From positions 96,001 through 160,000 of the IMG/VR virus record IMGVR_UViG_3300011862_000001: a DNA stretch of 64,000 bases; one strand, written 5' to 3'. Under the pieces are notes generated by a model. That model was given only the letters and a program-made list of their open reading frames with translations, was not told where the DNA came from and ran no database searches. Position 1 is the stretch's first letter; every line of letters begins with the position of its first letter. Below are positions 56,961-64,000 of this stretch, in pieces. Source of the stretch: a virus (Duplodnaviria > Caudoviricetes). Both the position numbers and the translations under genes were made by a program.

Positions 56961-56983
56961 CGGATATATATCATCTTGGTGAA
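56961..56983 (+). promoter_or_regulatory. Putative early promoter
   Basis: CGGATATATATCATCTTGGTGAA. Confidence 0.65.
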
Positions 56984-57026
56984 GGTTGGAAATTGTCCAG
57001 CTTAAATCTGAAACCAAGGAGCATTT

Positions 57027-57299
57027 ATGATACCTATCCCCGATTGCAATAGCCCGGTGTTAGCCGAACGTTTACTTCAACTGCGTCTGTCAAATTGGAA
57101 GAAAGCGTTTTTAGCGAAATTAAAAACCCACACCGAACTTAGCCCTGAACAGCTTGGCATCTCCGAAGAGGCACTGTCAACCTACGCTGCTCAGGACTTC
57201 AACATCGATGAGCTGATTACCCAGCTCTACACGGATAACATTTTGAACTACGATACCACCGGCCGACCGACATGGTTGCGTCGCCTTTTCCGTAAATAA
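57027..57299 (+). CDS. Hypothetical early protein
   Basis: AAGGAG SD. Confidence 0.7.
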   Translation: MIPIPDCNSPVLAERLLQLRLSNWKKAFLAKLKTHTELSPEQLGISEEALSTYAAQDFNIDELITQLYTDNILNYDTTGRPTWLRRLFRK

Positions 57300-57355
57300 T
57301 ACCCGGCGTGAGAAAGTCACGCCATTATCCTACAACGACTATCAAGGACTATCTC

Positions 57356-57706
57356 ATGCGCAAACATCACCCTGCTGTACACAGTGCCAAAGAAACTTTT
57401 CTGATTCACCTTTCGTACATTCTGACTGACCTTAACAAACAGGTCACCCAGCGCGAGATTGCCAAATTGTGCCAAGTCTCCTACTCTACCCTGAACGCCG
57501 TGAAGAACGGCCACGGTAAGAATGTCTCGCTGGAAACAATGTTACGTATTGCCGATGCTATCCGTCTTAGCTATACCTTGACCCTGACCTCACGACTGGG
57601 CAAGCCACGCTACACGGTGGTTGCAGAATCCGGCTATCAATACATGAAGTCCCCGCACCGTATTAACATCGGTTCGCGTACGGGGCTGTCATTAGGTAAA
57701 CGTTAA
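57356..57706 (+). CDS. XRE-family HTH DNA-binding protein
   Basis: TQREIAKLCQVSYSTLNAVKNG...VSLETMLRIADA; GACTATCAAGGA leader. Confidence 0.85.
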   Translation: MRKHHPAVHSAKETFLIHLSYILTDLNKQVTQREIAKLCQVSYSTLNAVKNGHGKNVSLETMLRIADAIRLSYTLTLTSRLGKPRYTVVAESGYQYMKSPHRINIGSRTGLSLGKR

Positions 57707-57716
57707 GGAGCAGATA

Positions 57717-58088
57717 ATGAAACCATTGCACATCCATGGCTATATCAAGCACGGCGTCACCGTCGGTGACAGTCGCTGTAAGCATTTGAAACCGGGGCAA
57801 ACTGCCCACCGTTTTATCATTCAGCAAACCGAGGCACGCAGTGACAAGCACTACCTGTGCCTGAGCTGCCATGAGTCTTTGGTGGATGAGCTCTACCACA
57901 ACAAAGTTACCTGTGTGGATTGTGGCTGTACGCTGACCCGTGCTGATGCTATCGGCTGGTCAGGTTATGACACCAATCCCCACGAACCGCAGATTTTCCT
58001 GTGTAACGAATGCGTCGGCGGTGTTATCCACTTAAACCGTATCGAACGCGATCGTCATGATTTCAACGCGCAATTCTTTGCACTCTAA
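57717..58088 (+). CDS. Cys-rich zinc-binding protein
   Basis: CLSC, CVDC, CNEC pairs; TAAGGAG SD. Confidence 0.7.
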   Translation: MKPLHIHGYIKHGVTVGDSRCKHLKPGQTAHRFIIQQTEARSDKHYLCLSCHESLVDELYHNKVTCVDCGCTLTRADAIGWSGYDTNPHEPQIFLCNECVGGVIHLNRIERDRHDFNAQFFAL

Positions 58089-58109
58089 ACCATAAAGGAG
58101 TATTTACCC

Positions 58110-58760
58110 ATGGCTATTTCCCCAGGCAAAAAACGTACCGCTAAAGCAGTTCCGGCTCCGGCAGAGACCAAAGCACCACAGGCTCCGGTTGTCGAAGAAC
58201 AAACCGAAACGGTTACTGATCCATTACTGACACCACCACGCTTGGCGGTATTTGGTGAGGCGATCGTTGAGCTTACCCATACGCCGTTTAAGCTTACCGT
58301 GTATGCGGACAAAAACTCGCACACGTTCGTCGTGACCCACAACGGTAAACCGATTGCTACCACCCGTGCACTGCGCACGATGCGTATCAATACCCTGCCC
58401 CTGCATGTCGCCGCACTGGCGCGTCTGGCGGTGAACGAATCCGAATGTCACACCGGCCCGTATCTGGAAGCGGCAAGCTTCTTTGATAATCTTCTCCAGC
58501 CGTACGGTGAGTTCTCGTTCAGTCCGGTCGAACTCAACTATATCGACGGCGATCGTACCGGCTATGTGTGCTATCTGGGCGACCGTGTCGTTTACGATGA
58601 GCAATGTACGGCTGCGCAACAAGAAGTGTTGTTCCGTGCCGTCCAACCGGTGGCGCTCTATATTCGACGCCGCCTGCATGGCAACAGTAGCGAAAAAGAA
58701 AAGTCGCTCATTGATACCATCCACATGGACGGTCCCAAGACCCCAGCCGGTAGCTGGTAA
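58110..58760 (+). CDS. Hypothetical protein
   Basis: AAGGAG SD. Confidence 0.75.
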   Translation: MAISPGKKRTAKAVPAPAETKAPQAPVVEEQTETVTDPLLTPPRLAVFGEAIVELTHTPFKLTVYADKNSHTFVVTHNGKPIATTRALRTMRINTLPLHVAALARLAVNESECHTGPYLEAASFFDNLLQPYGEFSFSPVELNYIDGDRTGYVCYLGDRVVYDEQCTAAQQEVLFRAVQPVALYIRRRLHGNSSEKEKSLIDTIHMDGPKTPAGSW

Positions 58761-58762
58761 AG

Positions 58763-58800
58763 AATAAAGGGGAGGAAACTCCCCTTATTTTTTCCCTTTT
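58763..58800 (+). terminator. Intrinsic terminator
   Basis: GGGGAG-GAAA-CTCCCC plus T-tract. Confidence 0.75.
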
Positions 58801-58849
58801 TACATTTGCTTACCTTTTTGTGTAGAACACACACTTTGGGGTTTTTGAA

Positions 58850-59797
58850 ATGTATAGCATCGGTAGGGTTTTGTGGGGAAGCGATCGGGCACGCAAAATG
58901 CGTGAAGCGCTCGAACCCAACAGCGAAGCAGTAAAACAATTGAATCGCTTCTTAAAAGATGGCGAAGTCAGCGTCTTCTCGTACGCCATTGAGGGTGTCG
59001 ATTCTGGGTATTTCGCCGTGACCGGTACCCCGGATGATGCGACGCTTGTCTGTCACCACATGCAGGAAATCAAGAAAGGGGCTTTCTCCCCTATCGCGTT
59101 TCATTTGTTAATGGACCACACCGGTACCAAAGACATTATGTTGCTGTGTGAATCCGACGCCATGTACACGCGTCTGTCGCGTTATGGCTTTGTGGAGGTA
59201 GAACGCAACTGGTCAGCTGATACCCGTTTGTACCGTGACGTCACGGTGGATGCGCGTATCAAAGAGGTCACTGGCCTTGACAGTCACGATGTCACACCAA
59301 ACGACGTGCAACAGATGTTGCGTATCATCGGCTTTACCATGCTCGATGAAGCCCAGGGTGACCCGTTCGGGCGCAGTATCTTCAGTAGCCTGCTGCCGGA
59401 AGAAGTGATTGAACGGGCGCGTATGGGACATTACCGCACCTTTATCTGGCGCGAGGACGGCATCATCAAAGGACTGGCACAGCTTGAGTACAACACCTGG
59501 GATGGTGTGTCATTGACTGGTCTGGGCGTTGATGCCAATTATCGTAAGGCCCGTATTGGACGTAACCTGGTGGCGAAGGTCTTGCAAATCGCCGGGGAAA
59601 CCCACGAAGCCTTACTGGCCACGTCGTTTGTCAACAACGGTGCTGCGACACACTTGTTTGGTAACGTATTACGTTGGTCTTCACTGGCCATGACCATGGG
59701 AATCCAGTTCCAACCTGAGGCGGTAAGCTGGAAGCGTACCAAGAATAAACTGGGTTTGGCATCCAACCACATTGGACCTACCCTCGAAGAGGTATAA
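58850..59797 (+). CDS. Tandem GNAT-fold protein
   Basis: C-domain GLGVDANYRKARIGRNLV...NNGAATHLF; N-domain RLSRYGF. Confidence 0.7.
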   Translation: MYSIGRVLWGSDRARKMREALEPNSEAVKQLNRFLKDGEVSVFSYAIEGVDSGYFAVTGTPDDATLVCHHMQEIKKGAFSPIAFHLLMDHTGTKDIMLLCESDAMYTRLSRYGFVEVERNWSADTRLYRDVTVDARIKEVTGLDSHDVTPNDVQQMLRIIGFTMLDEAQGDPFGRSIFSSLLPEEVIERARMGHYRTFIWREDGIIKGLAQLEYNTWDGVSLTGLGVDANYRKARIGRNLVAKVLQIAGETHEALLATSFVNNGAATHLFGNVLRWSSLAMTMGIQFQPEAVSWKRTKNKLGLASNHIGPTLEEV

Positions 59798-60616
59798 ATG
59801 CAACGTTCAATGTTAAAGTGGGTCGGCGGGAAAGGACGCGTGATTGGCCACTTGCGAAAGGTCTTACCGGAAGCGAGCTGTCTGGTTGAACCGTTTGTTG
59901 GTGGTGGCTCGGTGTTTCTCAACACCCACTACGACCAGTATCGGTTGTCGGACAGTAACCCGGATTTGATTCTGTTGTTCCAGGTGGCAAGTGTCGCCCC
60001 CCACGACCTGATTGAAGCCTGTACCGAGTTATGGGCAAAAGGCAACAATGGCGCATCCTACAACGACATTAAAGCCGAGTTCAATGAGAAGCGTATCGCC
60101 GTCGAAGACAGTATCGACCGGGCTGCCATGTTCTTGTACTTAAACCGCCACGGCTTTAACGGCTTGTGTCGTTATAACCAATCGGGAGGCTATAACGTCC
60201 CGTACGGCAAACACACCAACCCTTATCTGCCACGAGAGGAGATTCAGTTCTTTTCGAAGAAGTGTCGCGAGCACGAGGTTCACATCCGTTGTGAAACCTT
60301 TGAAGACTCGCTGGCGAGTGCGCCGGCAGGCTCAGTGATTTATGCTGACCCACCGTACGTACCGACCACGAAAACTGCCGCCTTTGCGCAGTATCACAAA
60401 GAGGCGTTTAACCAACACCATCATCGACTGTTGGCTAAGCTGTTGAAATCCACAACTGAACGCGGTTGTAAGGTGGTGCTGTCGAATTCTGACACGCTGC
60501 TGACTCGTGATATCTATTACGGGTTTGACTGGGTCTCGGTACAAGTGGGTCGTTATATTGGTGCTAAAGCCGATAAACGCGGCAAGGTCAATGAACTCAT
60601 TGGGATTTTAAAATGA
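59798..60616 (+). CDS. dam: DNA adenine methyltransferase (Dam/D12 class)
   Basis: KWVGGK, EPFVGGGSVF, YLNRHGFNGLCRYN, YADPPY. Confidence 0.95.
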   Translation: MQRSMLKWVGGKGRVIGHLRKVLPEASCLVEPFVGGGSVFLNTHYDQYRLSDSNPDLILLFQVASVAPHDLIEACTELWAKGNNGASYNDIKAEFNEKRIAVEDSIDRAAMFLYLNRHGFNGLCRYNQSGGYNVPYGKHTNPYLPREEIQFFSKKCREHEVHIRCETFEDSLASAPAGSVIYADPPYVPTTKTAAFAQYHKEAFNQHHHRLLAKLLKSTTERGCKVVLSNSDTLLTRDIYYGFDWVSVQVGRYIGAKADKRGKVNELIGILK

Positions 60617-61416
60617 AACTACGTCAATACCACGTCAGCGACGACCAGATTATTGTGGATTTTAATGGTCGACCAGCCCGCCTTGAAAAGGTATGGGATG
60701 CCATTAAACGCCTACGTGGCTTGAGTGACCATGACGAACACTACCTGGTGGTCTCTAACACTGACCGGGTATTGATGTACTTTACCGGCCAGCGGAGTGG
60801 CCAACACTACTATATCAGCGGGATTACCCCATTGTCCGATAAGCCCTTTCGCCAATGGAAAGCCCTGCAACGTGAACTGGACGTACGCTATCTGGAATTG
60901 GTGGCGGATGGCAAAGACGGCCGTGAGTTGGAGTCCATGATGACCGGGCTTGGGTTGAAACTGGTCAGTAAACGCATCGAGTTTACGATTAGCGACCCAG
61001 AGCGTGTGCATTTTGACGTCGACGGTGTCCAGCAACAAGACCACACTTCGCTTGAAGAGATTGTGGCACTGTGTGAACTGGCCCGTTGTGTGATGGATGA
61101 CCCGGAAGACTTACTGGCCAATGCCGCAGCAGGAGCGATTGATGTTCAGTTGCGTCTTACCGAGCGCGTGTTAACAAGTGCTTTGTTTTACAGCACCCTT
61201 AACGAGAAGACCCTGGTAAGTGAAGGTTTTATCTCGGCCTATCGGGTAGGGTCAATAGATTACGCGCAAGAGTTTGTTCAGCATTTCCATGCCTTACTTG
61301 TGCGTTGTGCGAAAGAAAAGAAAAGCTTGTCCATTGCCTTGGCTGCCGAGGCGACGATACCCCCGTATGACGGTATCAAGCACGAGGTAGTCACGTACCA
61401 CTACTCAATCGCATAG
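60613..61416 (+). CDS. Hypothetical protein, possibly degenerate tandem GNAT fold
   Basis: ATGA overlap with dam; MKLRQY...MMTGLGLK pattern. Confidence 0.55.
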   Translation: MKLRQYHVSDDQIIVDFNGRPARLEKVWDAIKRLRGLSDHDEHYLVVSNTDRVLMYFTGQRSGQHYYISGITPLSDKPFRQWKALQRELDVRYLELVADGKDGRELESMMTGLGLKLVSKRIEFTISDPERVHFDVDGVQQQDHTSLEEIVALCELARCVMDDPEDLLANAAAGAIDVQLRLTERVLTSALFYSTLNEKTLVSEGFISAYRVGSIDYAQEFVQHFHALLVRCAKEKKSLSIALAAEATIPPYDGIKHEVVTYHYSIA

Positions 61417-61424
61417 GAGGTTCA

Positions 61425-62222
61425 ATGCCTAATGTCCGCCTGGTGGAAGAAACCAACAAGCTATTTGACCTTAATTGGCTCAAAGAGGTTAACTGTGAGT
61501 TTTTTCAAGAAACGGCGGCCCGTTACCACCGTACAGAAGGTCCAGTGTTGCGTATCTTCGGTTACTTTATCAACGAAGAACGTGCCCTGACTTTGCTGGT
61601 TCAGGACTCGGTGTTTATGCTGGAGATTCTGGCCATTACCCGGGTAGAGGGAATGGCGGTACGACGGGTTATTGACCGGCTTCTGCGTTATACCAATCGT
61701 CCGAGTGTTGTCAGTTATAGCTCAGTGTACGACGAGACGTATATCTCAATGGGGTTACCAATCAGTACGGTTAACTACGCACGCCCCATTGTTCCAGGCC
61801 CGGTACCCGATCCCGAACGGTTTACCCTGAATGTAGGGCAACTGTTCCGTAGTCAAAAATCGTTTGTCAATATGGCAATGTCCATATTCCAAAACTCCGG
61901 TGCGGTGCACCGTGCGTTGACCGAAGGAGGCAAGCTGGCGCTACTGGTACTCGAAAGTGGTCGTCAGATATTGACTCTGATAAGTCGTGGCGAGAAACGT
62001 TGGATAGTTTCCGCACCCTTTTATTCAGACGACCATAGAGAGCCGTTATCCGATCGTGACTTCTCGCGAGTAATGTCTAATATCCTGGCAACCCTGAACA
62101 AGGGGGATATGTTGGTATACACCTCGCGAGTGAATGGGCGTGACAATCGGGTTATCTGGCTTATCAGCCATGGCTTCGTTCCTGAAAGCTACATGTATGA
62201 AAAGACTATCGAGGTATTGTGA
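61425..62222 (+). CDS. Hypothetical protein, possibly degenerate tandem GNAT fold
   Basis: AGGAGG SD; YISMGL and WLISHGF..ESYMY module ends. Confidence 0.55.
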   Translation: MPNVRLVEETNKLFDLNWLKEVNCEFFQETAARYHRTEGPVLRIFGYFINEERALTLLVQDSVFMLEILAITRVEGMAVRRVIDRLLRYTNRPSVVSYSSVYDETYISMGLPISTVNYARPIVPGPVPDPERFTLNVGQLFRSQKSFVNMAMSIFQNSGAVHRALTEGGKLALLVLESGRQILTLISRGEKRWIVSAPFYSDDHREPLSDRDFSRVMSNILATLNKGDMLVYTSRVNGRDNRVIWLISHGFVPESYMYEKTIEVL

Positions 62223-62986
62223 TGCGTGAGATTACAAAAGAAGTCGAAGACGGTACGTACGACAAGCCGATGGGTCGTGGCGTACTGCGTATTCGCTCGT
62301 GGGAAATGAATGAGGGTGAAACCAAACACATCCTCGAATTAGGCGGTGGCCATTTTGCGTATGTACGTCGCTATGGCAATTCAGCGCTTATTGCTGATGC
62401 CGATGTGCCGAACGCCGAGCTTCCGTTGCTGGCAGGAATGGCAGACCTGCTGGACGTAGACGATGTCTTTATCTACACACACAACGACGAACTGGAACTG
62501 CACACCAAGCTTGGCTGTGTGTGGCGCTCAGTGCGGATGTATAAAGAAGGCGGTTACGAGCTCCCCCGTCCGGAGGGGCTTGAAATCGATACCGTGTTAA
62601 GCGAACCTGAACGTGAGAAGCTCTTTAGCATGGCGGAGCGCTTTCCACAGATGAAGATATTCGTCAGGCAAGTAGGACAGGGCACGGCCATGGTGAACCG
62701 CCTACCAAGTCCACACGGTGACGCGTTGCTCTTTACCACCCAACTCGGTGACCCCCAAGCCATTACGCTTGCTGGGTGCCATGCAAAGTCCGGGCAAGAC
62801 CTGGTACGTGCGCTGGATGCTTTTAACTATTTAACCGGTCAGTACGCGTACGGTTGTTACACCGATGAAGTCGAAGACGGTGAATTAACTGACCAATTGA
62901 AATACTTATCCACGTTAGGCTTTACCATTCAAAGTTACATTTACTCGATCCCTCGTACCCCTAAAGGAGAAAACCATGCAAATTAA
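62222..62986 (+). CDS. Hypothetical protein, possibly degenerate tandem GNAT fold
   Basis: TGATG coupling; HTKLGC and YLSTLGF..QSYIY module ends. Confidence 0.55.
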   Translation: MREITKEVEDGTYDKPMGRGVLRIRSWEMNEGETKHILELGGGHFAYVRRYGNSALIADADVPNAELPLLAGMADLLDVDDVFIYTHNDELELHTKLGCVWRSVRMYKEGGYELPRPEGLEIDTVLSEPEREKLFSMAERFPQMKIFVRQVGQGTAMVNRLPSPHGDALLFTTQLGDPQAITLAGCHAKSGQDLVRALDAFNYLTGQYAYGCYTDEVEDGELTDQLKYLSTLGFTIQSYIYSIPRTPKGENHAN

Positions 62987-63254
62987 TCGTACTCTGTCTC
63001 GCTCTAAAGAAGTGGTCTATGCGATTGGCGATACCACCCCGCCGGATTTCCACGCAGTGATTGATGAAAACCATTCCCTGCTGATTGTTTACCCGTTTGA
63101 TGAAGTCACCCGTCCGCATCAGCGTGCTATTGATAAGCTCATTAGCAAAGCTAAAGCCCGTGACGGCATCAAAGACCACCAGATGTTCCTCGGTAAAGTT
63201 CTGGTGGAAGAAGCGGGCGAGTTGCTGATTACCCGCAACGTGCCAAACGAATAA
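62976..63254 (+). CDS. Hypothetical protein
   Basis: AAGGAG SD. Confidence 0.7.
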   Translation: MQINRTLSRSKEVVYAIGDTTPPDFHAVIDENHSLLIVYPFDEVTRPHQRAIDKLISKAKARDGIKDHQMFLGKVLVEEAGELLITRNVPNE

Positions 63255-63301
63255 TCGTGTATAGGGTCATTGTATGACCCTTAACCTAAAGAGGAAGCAC
63301 G

Positions 63302-63787
63302 ATGGAAGTTATTGACTTCGAGCAGTTGCCTCAACATGACTTCGATCTCCGCGTACGTGACGAAGCCGATAAGTCCCCGCAACTGCTCATGGACCGCTAT
63401 TACGCTATGCTAACCGGCGATGAACGCCAGAATGTCAGCCTCGATGATTTCGAGAAACTGCTCTCTGGTCTTATCGGCACCAACGCCTCGCATGTGGCTT
63501 TACTGCATGAACTCAACTTCACTTCGGTAGAACCGCTCGATGCGCAAATGATACTGTCCGAGAGCATCATCCCCAACGATGACATCCTCGATACAGTAGC
63601 CGGGTTACGTGCAGGGTTTGATGAAGCGGCGGAAGCCTACGCGGAGCAACTGCGCGAGACCGGTAAAACGTTTGTGGCACCGGTTGACCCGAACCCAACA
63701 GAGCAAGAAACTGACGCGGCCATTCAGCGCCTGGCTCGCTATGTTATCACCAGTGTCCTGGTTGATGACCGCGAAGCAGACGTGTAA
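63302..63787 (+). CDS. Acidic hypothetical protein
   Basis: GAGGA SD; ends at a terminator. Confidence 0.75.
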   Translation: MEVIDFEQLPQHDFDLRVRDEADKSPQLLMDRYYAMLTGDERQNVSLDDFEKLLSGLIGTNASHVALLHELNFTSVEPLDAQMILSESIIPNDDILDTVAGLRAGFDEAAEAYAEQLRETGKTFVAPVDPNPTEQETDAAIQRLARYVITSVLVDDREADV

Positions 63788-63793
63788 TTCAAG

Positions 63794-63831
63794 ACCTACC
63801 CTTCGGGGTAGGTTTTCTTTTTTTATTTTTT
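63794..63831 (+). terminator. Intrinsic terminator
   Basis: ACCTACCC-TTCG-GGGTAGGT plus T-tract. Confidence 0.85.
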
Positions 63832-63883
63832 ATACAGCAACACGTTTGTATATGTACAAACCAAACACAAGAGGAAATACAGA

Positions 63884-64000
63884 ATGTGGCTTAGCGCTAT
63901 TCACAAAGACCTACCGAAAATCGTTGACTTTGGGCACTCGGTAACCGGTGACCCGCAAGACGAACCGGTTCAGGTTGACGTTGGCTTGGCAAAATTCGAT
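63884..64000 (+). CDS. Partial ORF running off the window (MWLSAIHKDLP...)
   Basis: GAGGA SD; open to the window end. Confidence 0.55.
   Translation, partial: MWLSAIHKDLPKIVDFGHSVTGDPQDEPVQVDVGLAKFD

Noticed and set aside
59798-60616. Possible GATC depletion linked to dam
   Set aside because: Cannot be counted reliably by eye; needs an observed/expected tetranucleotide calculation
63263-63281. Hairpin AGGGTCAT-TGT-ATGACCCT before 63302 (and 42848-42868) as extra pseudoknot copies
   Set aside because: No NCCG/CGGN first stem; ordinary intercistronic hairpins
1-64000. tRNAs, rRNA, introns/inteins, transposases, alternative genetic code
   Set aside because: None recognised by eye; ORFs are intact under the standard code and use all three stop codons. 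tRNAscan-SE and Infernal would be needed to exclude RNA genes

Overview
This window is a 64-kb segment of a phiKZ-related (Chimalliviridae-type) jumbo phage. Gene order and A-X-E prohead-protease sites resemble the Salmonella SPN3US / Erwinia phiEaH2 group; this and all gp-number labels are recalled from the literature, not from a search. Core genes: the exonuclease half of a split family-B DNA polymerase, a block of processed head proteins, tail/baseplate-type structural genes, DHFR, DnaB-like helicase, major capsid protein, a non-virion RNAP beta fragment, portal, RuvC, thymidylate kinase and Dam. Accessory early-gene islands lie at about 16-17, 23.5-27 and 45.6-64 kb. No tRNA, rRNA, CRISPR array or mobile element was seen. 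The most notable signal is a tandem array of five diverged ~220-250 aa paralogs (52.2-56.1 kb). Four of them are each preceded, 23-25 nt before the ATG, by a covarying H-type RNA pseudoknot of near-identical geometry. Other highlights: a dam gene inside a coupled operon of four two-module GNAT-like proteins, a bipartite TACR-N14-TATG promoter motif, a 23-nt early promoter motif, a GACTATCAAGGA leader shared by unrelated early genes, back-to-back dual ribosome-binding sites, and an M48-like metallopeptidase head protein.
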